Assembly (NCBI GenBank): GCA_023334545.1
Contig: JAADVB010000082.1
Location: forward strand, 1 to 64,000
DNA from: Salisapilia sapeloensis CBS 127946
Lineage: Eukaryota > Protista > Oomycota
Direction: 5' to 3'
DNA: 64,000 nucleotides
Below are positions 46,484-58,151 of this stretch, in pieces (the stretch's first letter is position 1; every line of letters starts with the position of its first letter). The notes beneath the pieces were generated by a model. The model ran no database searches, was not told the origin of the DNA, and worked only from the letters and a program-made list of their open reading frames with translations. The position numbers and the translations under genes are program-made.

Positions 46484-47226
46484 CTACCATGGCAGTTCTG
46501 CTCCTGTGTAATCGTAGAACTTACCATTCTCTTCATGCGAAAGCTTAGTCACCACGGTGATAATTCCTTCGGCACTATCGTGTACTTTGACAGGGCCTTG
46601 GTGGTCATTAATGTCTGTGGCAACGTGTCCAGGATGCATAGTAATACTTGTGATCTTCTCGTCCTTGAGCAAGAGTGAAAGAATCTTTTGAATCATATTC
46701 AGTCCTGCCTTCGATGCGCTGTAGCCGTGCGCGTGCGTCATCGCTAGTTCAATGCTACCAAGGTATGATGTCATTTGAACAACTTTCGCTTCCCCACGAG
46801 CCTTGACGGCCTCCTTCAAGTTGGGTAGGAGGGCCCGAGTTGATAGATAGGGGCCTGTTACGTTCACCTCGAACTGCTCCATCAAGTCCTCTTTTGTTGT
46901 GTCTTCTAGACCATGCCGCTTGAAAATACCGGCATTATTGATGAGTAGATCGATAGGCACAGACTCTAGACTCTTCGCTGCCTCCAAGATGGACGCCTCA
47001 TCCTTCATATCCATTCGAACAACCTTGTATGGTTTCAATTCGTGAAGCTATTACAAAGCATTAGCGTGATTGTGCGTGTCAAACTTCATGAAGATCGTAC
47101 TGCTGTCGCCGTATCTGGGCTACGTACAGCACCAATGACATTCCACCCGAGTGCCGTGTATTGCTTTGCTAGCTCTAATCCAATGCTGCGAGAGGCTCCT
47201 GTGATAAGGACGGTTTTCGTAGTCAT
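46484..47226 (-). CDS. Short-chain dehydrogenase/reductase (CsgA/C-factor-like); intron 47048-47100
   Basis: KTVLITGASRSIG, IDLLINNAG, QFEVNV.GP, YSASK, MHPGHVATD, GKFYDYTGAELPW. Confidence 0.92.
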
Positions 47227-47289
47227 GACTGTCAGTCTCGGGGTTCGAGCGAAATCTATTTATGAGGTCGAAACGTAACTTTCAATAGG

Positions 47290-49900
47290 TAGGATCGGGC
47301 ACTTCGCCTTCACCGGGTGTTTTTAGATCGTGCTACGTATACTCGCTGCTTTGTTTGATTGGATGTTGTTGGCTCCGCAATGGAGATAGAGGATCCCTAC
47401 GCGGGTGATATCTGGGCGGCACGCTTTAGGCGCTTGTCTCAATTGCAGATCAGGCAACGACCCGATTCGTATCTGATAAAAGCCACAAGGATTTGCAGTT
47501 ACCGCTCGTATGATCAAGATGACGATCCTTCTTTCTGAATCTCCAGAGTAAACACTAAGTACCGCTCCAAATTATCACGCATTGGCTACCATTCTTCCCT
47601 TTGATCCGCATGTCATTTGCTATCCTCTAGTGGTCAATTAGCTTGAATGAGCATCTATTTCAAATCGGCACTGCACTACATCGCAATCAGACCAAAGTAC
47701 TAAGCTCCCTCAGTATCTGTCTACGCTTGCCTAATTGGAGTCATCAAAATGTTACAGAGATGAATACTGACCATTTTCGCTCCATCTGACTGCTGTGTCG
47801 TAAAAGATCGGTTCGCCCATACTTCCTGTATTTGCTACTTTGATGCGTAGGAGGCGAGCGTTTATTACCGCATCATTTCAAATACCATGCAAGTGTGCGA
47901 GAATACGGCACACGAATGAAATGTATCGCAGCTTCCGAGTCACCACATGTCCTTCCAAGTCGCGTACATTGTATCCTGGTAGCTTTGGCGAATCAAGATC
48001 GTCATCGGTCGCTTGGCATATCCAAAGATATCGAGTTGATATGCTCATCAATCGTCGTCTTGTATGTGTGCATAGAACTCAATAACAAAGCTGTCTCGAT
48101 TCAAGATGTAAGGATGCTCTTGTGGTACTATTTGTGGTCAAATAACAAGAACAGAATTATCCTCGCTTCGATGTGCGATGTAAGTGCCCGGGAGCTTGAT
48201 CAATACAAGAAAGCAATTCTTTATATTCACAGTATGATGCACAATACCAATTTCCTCTGTTATAGAAACCGATATTATTTGTTATACGGCAGCCCACCCC
48301 ATAGTCGTCTGTGCTTTAAGGTTCGTGGAAGTATGCGTACGGCTTTGCCAAGATGACCGCTTTTAAGTCTAATTGCAGGTCAAAATAAAAATGTCAATAC
48401 AGACTGCCGGCTCTTCATAAAATACCTGAGTGAGCTCAAATTAGCACTGAATCACGGTATGCCAACTGCCAGCTGTAGGGGCTACTTTTGACCCGATGCA
48501 TTGTAGCAGCTTTGCCTAGTACATCTTGTCTCCGGCTTGAAGGTTGTACAAGCACAAGAGCTCGCTACAGGGCATATACATATTTGCAGTTTCGGCTATT
48601 TATGAGAGTTTGATGATCATGTCGTTTGATGCACATGCAGCTGGAGGGCAAGTGAAGACGGCTAGATGACCTGTGCATTTGATCGATTTCGCCTACAACA
48701 GCAATTTTCATGTCTGTGTGTATTCCATTAAATACATAAATTTTCTTCTTGAATTTGGATTTGCATTGTCGAAGCAGATATCGAGGTATGGACAAAAGTG
48801 ACCGAAAATGAAAGAAGCGTCCAGTCACTCCTGCAAGCTGTCACGGTGGCAGGTTGTCTAGCTTATCGGGTAGGATCTTACAGAATAGTATTTAAATCTA
48901 CCCTCTGATGTTTGACAACTGAATAAGTACTGATTTATGGCTTTTGCGCAGTCTTGATCAAACTGCTATGAACATCTTGGCACTAGACTTTCTTTCATCT
49001 AGAGAAATCTGCCATTATACTATTTCCAACTCGGCGTTGAATGTCCATGGTTATCCAGAATATTGCTATTGATGCTATACAACAGACCGTATCTCAAGAC
49101 AAAAGCTGATAACACTTCTGATGGGATGGAGAAACTGCTTCCTGTTTTTAATAGACGAACAGAATTGTCCTTGCTCCACTCCGAACATTGATCTTGCGAA
49201 ACGGACCTGGCACTCGGGGCCGAGCCAAACTAAAACGATATGGCTCATCTTGCGACCATGCGGGTGCCTATGGTCCTCGCCTTCCAGCTTTGCGCTCTCG
49301 CACCGACTCTCTGGAATTCCGTAGATCTATGCACTCAGTAAATTGACGGTGCATCCCGTTCTCATTTTTAGCAGGATGCAGCACGCCCAAACTGCCACCC
49401 ACTCTCGTGTGACGCCACCGAAGTTACCACATAAAATCAGACTTCCATCACGAGGAAGATTTTACATCAAATAATTGTAAACCTCCGGCTAGTTAAGAGC
49501 CTCCTGTGGTACGTAGACATAAACTATGATCAATAGGCCTACACGGACGCTGATGACGTGGGGCTTATACTTGTCTAGCGGAATTTGCCTCGTAGGGAGG
49601 TTCAGTCATGGTGGGACAAGAACATCAACACTTTCCGTCGTGGTCGACTCAGCGCCGCTCCAGAACGTACGCGGACGGTCTTTACGTGGTGTACATCCCC
49701 ACAAAAGGTACCACTTAACTTCAATCTCGCGTTGGTCCTTTATCGAAATGCGGTGCGATTCTTGAATGGCGACGACATCCGGACGCATATGATCATCCAG
49801 CTCAGCCCATCCACGAAGCCACTCGGTCCGGTTGGCGTTGAAGCCGTGCCGTCCGATACGTTGGGACAATACCCGAAAGTTTTGTCTGCTCATGGCGAAT
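47290..49900 (-). mobile_element. Decayed LINE ORF2 fragment (endonuclease to start of reverse transcriptase)
   Basis: HGFNANRTEWLRGW..RPDVVAIQESH..W.LLWG..RTFWSG (EN N-terminus), VYVYVPQ, LILCGNFG (GDFN), KMSHIV (SRID), TGRFF linker, ANPCGFYQIR (QxGF..R of RT). Many stops and frameshifts; the RT portion is less certain. Confidence 0.65.
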
Positions 49901-52773
49901 GGTCGGATGTACAACTTTTTGGCTCTTATAGCTATCCGAGAGTGATGAAAGTTTCTCGGATACCGTTTCAATTTATGTCGAACAAGCCCAACTTCAACAT
50001 CGGTGGACATAAAACGACTTCTTTTGTGGTTCCAGCAAGAAATGAATTGCATCGACGCATTGGAGAAAGCGGAGGAGGCAGATGCAAGAGAAACATGACT
50101 GCCCCCTCAGGAACATCGTAGCATAGTGATGGCAGCGACTTGGAAATGGTTTTGCAAGTATAGCGAGAGATTGTGAGTACGCCGGAAATGTACCTACTAC
50201 GAAGCAGAGACGGTGCATATACTAAACCTACATCGTACTGTTAATTGTCAATACCGATCTTGCTGCGTGGACTTTTAGCGCATTGCCTTATGCTGAGCAG
50301 ACGAAGGAAGCATATCGTGAGAACGATCTTCTCCCCCAGGTCCAGGTAACGACCGAAGTATGATTGCAAATACTAGATGCGCTGTTTTGACACTGTGAAC
50401 ACCGCTTCTACCTCTTTAAATACCGATCGGTCCGAGGTAGACTGATAGGCCAGAAGCGACCGGCTGAAATTTCAAGCGAGCGATTCGATGCTTTTACAGA
50501 AAGTTTAAATCTTCGACGCTGTTCTACCTTGGTACCTTTTGTCGGTACTAGCGACAGAATGGCTTCATCCAAAATGATAGTATCGAGATAGCTCATTCCT
50601 TATCAACGTGAAAAGCGAAATCATGTTCCGAAGACAGCTTGTGCTCAATGCCTATCGCAAACGACTCATGACTTGCTTTTCTATCGACAAGCTACACCAT
50701 ACAGGTATGGAAATTCAGGTACTACAGACCACCGCATTTATCTGAGTTTCCACAACAGACGTATGATCGATGTGCATCAAGCATGAGCAGTGCACACGGC
50801 ACTGGTACCATTCATTCATCCTTCGTTTGGGGACGAAGACACAATTGGTTGGTTTCCTGGGCATGAAAGCGTCCCGGCTCGTACCAAACGGTTGCCAACT
50901 TTTCACACAGCGTTTTCGTTCAGATGGCTCTACTTGCTGCATAGAAGGCGGTGGCTATCATCGCGAGTAATCAGTACAATATCTGATCAGAACAGTCAGT
51001 ACACTTGTGAGCTAGTGATGAGCATGATAAGTATCTGTAGAAACGCACAATGATACCGAGTACTCACCCTCGCAATCGTCTCCACGAAGGACTTACGCAA
51101 CTATACATGTACAAACTCCCAATAAACGACAAGACAGCACATCGAAACAATGACACGTCTGACGTGTTAACTGCATCGACGTGGACGAGGAGGCTCCAGT
51201 CAAACTTGGTGCAGAGGACAAGTATTTTTATGCTTATCGGGATGGGGATCATGGCATAATCATTTAAGCAGGAACGAGTCTGGTCCAGTGATTGAGATGC
51301 AGAGCCGTTCGAAACGACATTGACAGGGATATTGGACGTGTAAGCTGAGATCATACCGTCCTTCAGGTCGACGCTGGCGATTCCGCTGACAAGTTCCCTC
51401 TTCCCGAAAGGCATCAGCTACTCTTGGATTTCATTTTTGCATTGGTGCGATGTCAGCTCGCAGGAAGACGCCATTGTCTCGACTGGCCTCATGATGGCAC
51501 GACAATCCGTCTTTAAAATTCTTATTTATATGGTAGCGAGCTCTGCGTTCGGCATGGTGTTCAGTGTCCTCTTCATGCGTACCTTGTTACCAAATCTAGC
51601 TTAAGTATGTACTGATTGTCGTGCAAGCGTTGTGCTTTTGAACAGAAACGTGTCTGGGGGTTGATGACAACAGTCACTACTCCCCACGCAGCCAGAGAGT
51701 CAGCGACCAGAGCTAAACCATTATCCAAATACGCACGGAGGATGCGGTCAGGTTGCTCAGGACAGACAACGGCGTCGTTGTGAAGATAAAGACACCAATC
51801 AAGAGGTGAAGGCATCTTTATACTAACACTTGCTGACATACACCCATCAGCCGGTTTTCGTAAAGATCTCTTGCCAATCGTCCTGCTCGTCAAAGTCTCA
51901 CATGCCTTATTAAGGACTCGACATGCTTGATCACCACAATATCCCTACTACTCGTTTGCAATCGACCTGGAGCTTTGTCATGACGAGCGATTAACTGGTG
52001 GTAGGGCTCCTGGATTTGATGGTCGTCTCAGCCGTATCCGCGATAAGCGATGACGTGAGCACCAGTCCCACCCCACTCGATGTACCCGGATTCGTTATCG
52101 CTCCCATTGCCTCACGCGTCATTCCTTCACGTACGTCTGCGTGTTACGCTCCTGTCTGGGCGAGGCCTGTCTGACGCAATTTCTTTCGACTATCTCTACG
52201 ATCTGCATGAAGCTACCACGCCGGCCGCGAGCAGCTCCACTCCACAGACATCGATCGAAGTGGTGACTCGATGGGTAAAAGTCTCCGACTGTAGCTCGAG
52301 TCATTTGCAAGTTACATCCTGTCGTGTGGTCATTAGCGGGTGAGACAGCCTCGGAATGCAGTGAGACTATCGCGATTACATCCTCTGGTGCGACGCCTGA
52401 GAGTGGAAACCTGCTTTCGTCTACAAACGGAAGCGTCACATACGGAAGGACGACTATTGCTTTTAAAGCGACATTCTTCGACATCGAACCGCGCCAGCAA
52501 TGCTGCATACCGTTGCTGGCTACCATCTCGAGTGTCCGAGTACTAGCTAGAGATCTGTTTATGAACCAAAGAGCATGTACAGGAAAGCAGATTACTACAG
52601 ACAAAACAGAGGGACCGAGCAGGAACGAGGCACAGAGGGAGCAGAGTGAAGAACAGTTTATTTTCTCCATGCATTCGGTAGATAAGCCTGGATCGTACAA
52701 GGATGAGACCGTCAGACAGGGTACCACTGACTGCGGGAAAGGAAGGGTTTCGTACACGCACGCATTCCACGTG

Positions 52774-53461
52774 CTAGGCATTCGAGGTCGCTTGACTCTG
52801 CTGGAGCTCCTTAAAGTGGAGCTTGCAGTAGTTATCCGTCCGCTCGTACGCCTGCCGATTGCAGTCGTCTCGGATGCACCGCTTGCCGCCGCCGTCCGCC
52901 CAGCAGAGGCCGTTCGAGATGGCGACTTTGTTGCAGTTGGGCACCTTGCACTTGGTTCCGCCGCCGTGGGACCAGCACAGGCCGCGAGACTTGGCCCGGT
53001 TCTGGCAGCTCTCGACCGTGCACTCGACGGAGCCGCCATGCCGCCAGCAGAGCCCGCTATACTTTGCTCGGCTTTCGCACCCGTCCTGGGCACACCGCTT
53101 GCCTCCCTACCGTCTGGTGAGACCAGCGTCAGGTACGTTGAATACGGAATAGACTTACGCCGTGCCGTACGCACAGGCCTTGGTCGACGACGTACTGGTC
53201 GCACCCATCGTGCTTGCAAACGCGACTGGGCGGCCTCTTTGCGCGCCGGTCCGAGTCTCCTCGTGGCGTCGGCGTGGCTGCCTCTGCCTGCTGCAGTGCA
53301 ATCATCTCCTCCTCTTCGTCGCCTGTGCGTCATCGTTAGGTGATGACTTACCAAGTGGTTCGATCGTACGTACTGAATGGCATGTCATCTTCGTCGGAAA
53401 GCTGGTTGTCCAGGATGAAGCTCAGGGCAGACTTGTCGACGCCATCGTCCTGCTGTGCCAT
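52774..53461 (-). CDS. C-x4-C-x10-C-x2-HGG zinc-finger repeat protein (WRKY19-like, oomycete family); two introns
   Basis: Spliced product VCKHDGCDQYVVDQGLCVRHG|GGKRCAQDGCESRAKYSGLCWRHGGSVECTVESCQNRAKSRGLCWSHGGGTKCKVPNCNKVAISNGLCWADGGGKRC. Confidence 0.85.
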
Positions 53462-53691
53462 GGTCGGAGCTTGATGGAAATGGATCAATGAAGCGTACGT
53501 TGGAGGAATATTTCTACGTGTTGATGAAAAAGGCAAAATATGTTCAGACGTTCATGTAATGGTGTCCAGAGGGAGGCGACGACGATCGATCGTCGGAGGA
53601 TGGAAAGGAAGAAAAGAAGGCGAGAGGAACATAAGTCGGAAGCAAAGTATACATGTATCTTCAATTTCGATGATGAGTCAGTCGGATGCGA

Positions 53692-54834
53692 TTACACCGC
53701 CGGGCGAGGTGGTTGCAGTTCCTGCAGCGCCCGTTGGCGACACAGGCGCTGGACCTCCTCCGGTGCATTATCCAACATGGACTGGAGCAACGCGCGGGAC
53801 GGCGGGTCGCCACCAACCGGCAGCTTGCCCGCGAGCGACGGCTGCGATTGGCAGTACTGCTTGAAGAAATACAATGCGTCTTTGGTCGCACCAGGTGGCG
53901 CCGACACCGCGGATGGAGAGTACCGCAACTCGGCCTGCAGCTGCTCGGCCAAGTCAGCGGATGCGCCATCCTTGGGCTTTAGAAACTTACTAGCTACATA
54001 CGGCCAGGCTAGGATAGACTTAGTATCAAATGGACGATGCCACCCGGCCGGTTGGCCCGGTGGGAGCTCGTAGACTGGGTACAACTGAAGCTCTTTGTCG
54101 CCATCATCAACGCCCGCTTGCGCCTTGGTTGTGTCCGGTGGCAAAGGTCTACTCACTGCCTCCTTTTCATTCTTTACGGAACCTCTTTCCCGTCGATCGT
54201 TCACTTCTTCCGCCGATAGCTCCAGCTCCTCTTCGTCTGAGGACGGCTGGAGATCGTCCGTATCCGTCACAGGCGTCTGTCCGTACGCAATGAACTTCCA
54301 CAAACGCTGGCAATCGACCGCAGAGATCGTTAGCCGGTGCGTCTGGGCCATGCGGACGCTGATGTCGTCCCACTCGACGTGAGACGGGGCCACCTCCTTT
54401 TCCAGGGCGTCCGTGCAGTTCGCCTGGGCTTTGAGGTGGTCCAGGATCGTCTCGAGCAGGAGCTGGCACTCGGCAGGCGTGTACTTGCCCAAGACACGTC
54501 GCGACTGGATGCGCAGACTAGTGCCCGAGATGCCCATGGGAGTTAACGGAACTTGGGAATTTACTACTTTAGCTTTCGCCGGTCCTATACTACTTGTACT
54601 AGTACTCTTCGGAGGGTTGGACGGCCGAGACCGCCGCGCTCGCTTGGCATTGCTGCTGGCGGTCGTCCTGGCCTTCTTCGGCTCTCTCGCGCCGCTCGCC
54701 GACGCTGCTTCGTCCCGCTTCACCTTTGGCGGTGGTTGCTTGAGCTGCGGGTCTGAAGCATAGGCCGAGCGAGCCTTGCGCTGGCTCCGCCGCGGCGGCG
54801 TCGTCGACACGGAGAGATCGACCTGGTCGTCCAT
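53692..54834 (-). CDS. Putative Myb/SANT-like DNA-binding protein with possible HMG-like C-terminus
   Basis: YTPAECQLLLETI...VEWDDIS..M...SAVDCQRLWKFIAY followed by the acidic SSDEEE segment. An upstream exon is possible. Confidence 0.5.
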   Translation of the reverse strand: MDDQVDLSVSTTPPRRSQRKARSAYASDPQLKQPPPKVKRDEAASASGAREPKKARTTASSNAKRARRSRPSNPPKSTSTSSIGPAKAKVVNSQVPLTPMGISGTSLRIQSRRVLGKYTPAECQLLLETILDHLKAQANCTDALEKEVAPSHVEWDDISVRMAQTHRLTISAVDCQRLWKFIAYGQTPVTDTDDLQPSSDEEELELSAEEVNDRRERGSVKNEKEAVSRPLPPDTTKAQAGVDDGDKELQLYPVYELPPGQPAGWHRPFDTKSILAWPYVASKFLKPKDGASADLAEQLQAELRYSPSAVSAPPGATKDALYFFKQYCQSQPSLAGKLPVGGDPPSRALLQSMLDNAPEEVQRLCRQRALQELQPPRPAV

Positions 54835-55307
54835 GCTCTTCCTCGTTTATGCGTTTGGAGAGGTAGTATAGAGGTTGAGAGGTTTTTGATGGCACGCGCG
54901 AATGTTGGTCCTGCAGCGCATGCACTTTTGGTAGTAGAGCCAGCACACGCAGCCACTGCGCTGGCGACATGGCTCATCCGCTAGGACTGCATAAAACTGA
55001 ACGCTTGCGATAAATCGATGCGGGTAGTAGAGTAGAGTCTAAGTTACCGGTAAATTCGAATTGCCGTGCGTTCAAATGAAGCCAGTCATGACTTTGTCCG
55101 CGTCCATCAAGGCATTCCGTATCGCTGCTTGTTCGTGGCTTGACTTGCCGCAAGTACGATCGTCGATCGCGCTAACTTTCTAGATATAACAGGTGCCTCG
55201 CGTCCTTTAGATCGACTTGATCCGTTCCTCCGTATCGCCTGGCATAACTTCAAGTTGGAGGCATAAAATGCCCTCATTTACATGCTAAGTCTCTTCCTGA
55301 AGAGATT

Positions 55308-56981
55308 ATGTCAGAAGAGGAGGAAGAGGACTTTGTATTCTCTTCTCCTGGAGACGAAGTAGATAATGAGAGTGATGTGGACTGGGAAGAGGTAGGGAAC
55401 GTTTCCTCCGAGTCGGAAGAGCAAAAAGAGACTGCTGTTCCAGACGTCGATTGGGCACAGGTGAGTCGCGACTTGGCCAAGGAAGACGCAAAGGCCCCTA
55501 AGACCAAGAAACGGAAGCGACCACTAAATAAAGTAGAAAAGGCTAGGCAGTTGTCATTGCACAAAACCCATCTATTACTCCTTATATCCAGCGTCCAGCA
55601 AGGCGTCAGGTCAAGTCAGTCTGTCCTGCTCCAAGGACTCTTGGTGTCGCTGACAGCTTCCAGTCGCTACGACTTGAAACGTCAGATCGACCGATCTACT
55701 TCCGAGTCTCTGGTGAATTTCGTCCTACCTTGCATTCTCCGTTGGTTTCAACAACATATAGTACCCATCGATTCGGATACCACCGGTCAGGAGGAATGGA
55801 CAGAAGCAGCACTGACTCAAGCCTTGTCGGATCGTAGAGCTACTAGCAGACAAATTATCTTGTTGTTTTTCATCTTGTGTCGCGGCCTGTCTCTCACCTG
55901 TCGTCTTGTGAGTGCCTTGGATCCGTTCTTGATCAAGGACTCCAAGGCGTTTGAGAAAGCGAGCGAGCGCCATGAGGAGTGGATGTGGCTGGAGGTATGG
56001 GACTGGCATGCATCCTCCTGGATTTCTGTCGATCCCTTCCGACAGCTCATCCACCGCCCTCTCGAGATGGAGGAGAGACGAGGTCCTGGTCTCATCTTCT
56101 CGTACGTCCTGGCTGTCGAGGCGAACGGAGCTCTGGCGGACGTATCAGCTCGATACACTAGTTCCTGGAGCAAGAGTCTCCTTCTTCGCATCGCTGACGA
56201 CTGGTTCCGTTCGACTCTCTCTCAATTCAACGCTCGTCTGCCTCTCGATGAAGAGACGGAGGAGAGGTTGGCACGAGAGGAGAGGCAGCTAACGAGTCGA
56301 AAGGCAGGAGACGCCATGCCGTCGAGTGCAGCTGGCTTTCGGAAGCATCAAGTCTACTGTCTAGAAAAACACTTGGGCAAGTACGAGACCATCTACCCTC
56401 GCAAGGCCGTGGGTGTCTTTGAAGGTGCCCCCGTCTTTCTCCGAAGTCACATCCAGACGCTACGGACGTCCTTCCAATGGCGTCGGCTAGGGAAGAACGT
56501 GAGGAAGGAGGAAAAGGAGAAGCCTACAAGACGAGAGAGTGGGCGGCAGAGTGTCGGACAGAAAGCCTTGTATGGCGAGTGGCAGACAGAGCTGGTGGAG
56601 GTTCCGTCTGTCGTGGACGGTCGTGTCCCGAAGAACTCGTACGGGAACATTGAGGTCTGGAGCGAGGCGCATATTCCCTCTGGAGGCACACACGTCCGTT
56701 TGCGTCATGCAGCCAAGTTGGCTGCCGAGTTAGGTATTGACTATGCTCCTGCCGTCGTGGGGTTTGAAGTCAAAGGCGGGAGGAACGTTCCGACCATCGA
56801 AGGTGTCATTGTACCGACGGACGCAGTGGGTGTCTTGGAGGAAGCATGTGAAGCAGAAGAGCAGCGTAGTATAGAGATAGCGATTCGAAAGCAGGAGCTA
56901 AAGGTAGTGAAGCGATGGGAGAAGCTGGCGAAGCGACTGTTGCTACAGAAGAGACTGGAAGACGAGTATGGCAAAGTCTAG
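55308..56981 (+). CDS. XPC: DNA damage recognition protein XPC/Rad4
   Basis: LHKTHLL, FFILCRGL..TCRLV, WLEVW..WISVDP, DVSARY, FRKHQVYCLEKHL, VYLRS-like VFLRSHIQ.L...W, LYGEWQT, VPKNSYGNIEV, IDYAPAVVGFE. Confidence 0.95.
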   Translation: MSEEEEEDFVFSSPGDEVDNESDVDWEEVGNVSSESEEQKETAVPDVDWAQVSRDLAKEDAKAPKTKKRKRPLNKVEKARQLSLHKTHLLLLISSVQQGVRSSQSVLLQGLLVSLTASSRYDLKRQIDRSTSESLVNFVLPCILRWFQQHIVPIDSDTTGQEEWTEAALTQALSDRRATSRQIILLFFILCRGLSLTCRLVSALDPFLIKDSKAFEKASERHEEWMWLEVWDWHASSWISVDPFRQLIHRPLEMEERRGPGLIFSYVLAVEANGALADVSARYTSSWSKSLLLRIADDWFRSTLSQFNARLPLDEETEERLAREERQLTSRKAGDAMPSSAAGFRKHQVYCLEKHLGKYETIYPRKAVGVFEGAPVFLRSHIQTLRTSFQWRRLGKNVRKEEKEKPTRRESGRQSVGQKALYGEWQTELVEVPSVVDGRVPKNSYGNIEVWSEAHIPSGGTHVRLRHAAKLAAELGIDYAPAVVGFEVKGGRNVPTIEGVIVPTDAVGVLEEACEAEEQRSIEIAIRKQELKVVKRWEKLAKRLLLQKRLEDEYGKV

Positions 56982-56987
56982 GCTAGA

Positions 56988-58061
56988 TTAAGAAAAGTAG
57001 GCAGGCTCTGGCGGCCACGCGGCGAGCGGGTATGTCGGAGGGGGCGTCCGAGAGGTCGGTCGGACCTGCTGTTCCAAGGTCGAGACGCGGCTTTCGAGAC
57101 GACTGACGGCCTGCGTGAGGGTCGACGAGAGTCGGTCGATCTGGTCGCTGAGGCTCTGGACCATCTAGGACGGCGTTAGGATAATCGCAATCGCTTTTGT
57201 AAGCAAAGTACCTCGTGGACGTTTGCAACTGTCTCGTGGCACGAGCACTCGTGTCCTCTTTCTTGTCTTGCGAGTGGCTCAGTAGACGTGTGGTAGCTCA
57301 TGTTGTTGTCCTGCTGATTGGACGCGTCGGTGGCTACGTGTTTGTTGGTTTTGCCCTGCTGCTGGCGATGGATCTGCTGGAGGATGGCGGCTGTCTGGGA
57401 GCTGATGGTAGGCGATAGGACGTGGTTCTCCACTCGCACGCGTGGTGTTGGGCTGTATATACTAGATGAGAGGCATGTGGAGGGGATAAGAGCAAAAAGA
57501 GTACGTGGACGGTTCTCTCCAGACAGCATGCTGTCGACGTTTCTGGGCCTGGAGCTCATTATGCTTACTACGTATGTGCTCTAGGATGTCCGTGACGAGC
57601 TGCAGCTTGATCTTTTGGAAGTGGGGAGACAGGAACTGGGCGGGCGTGAGGGATGGAAAGTATCGAAATTCGTCTCGAGCGAGGCGAAAGACGCTTTCGA
57701 TGAATCTCACGTCCGACTTGCCGTACAGTTTATACTTCTACTAGCCTTATGAGGTTACTTTCTACTTTCTACTGGCTACGTACGTCTCGTACCTTGTTCG
57801 AAAGGAACTCGGCGATCAAGTGGGAGTAGTCGAGGAGAGCATAATGGAGTATCTGGAGCAAGTCTTTTACATTGCATTTCTCCAATCTACCTCTGTTGTT
57901 AGTACGTTCCTACCTAGAGATATGCATAGCAGTACGTGGCCGTGGCATTGTCTCGGTAGCGGACTGCCTGGAGGAGCGTATGGAGTCGAGCTGCCTGTGC
58001 TTCCATCAGTATACAAACGACCTGTCATTGAAGTACCACCATCTCTCTTTATTACGTCCAT
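56988..58061 (-). CDS. CEP44: Centrosomal protein CEP44-like, multi-exon (largely missed by the ORF track)
   Basis: Spliced RLHTLLQAVRY..LLQILHYALLDYSHLIAEFL..LYGKSDVRFIESVFRLARDEFRYFPSLTPAQFL...KLQLVTDIL..KHNEL matches the CEP44 N-terminal domain. C-terminal coiled coil. Ends approximate. Confidence 0.85.
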
Positions 58062-58151
58062 TACAACTTCCTCTGCACCCAGATCCACTTTAATCACGAC
58101 ACCAGCACGTCACACGGGTCAAGTCATTCCTGTATTTGCACGCCCAAGACC

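Noticed and set aside
52119-53354. Overlapping 411-aa (-) and 339-aa (+) ORFs
   Set aside because: These are alternative-frame and antisense shadows of the GC-rich spliced zinc-finger gene 52774-53461; no protein motifs.
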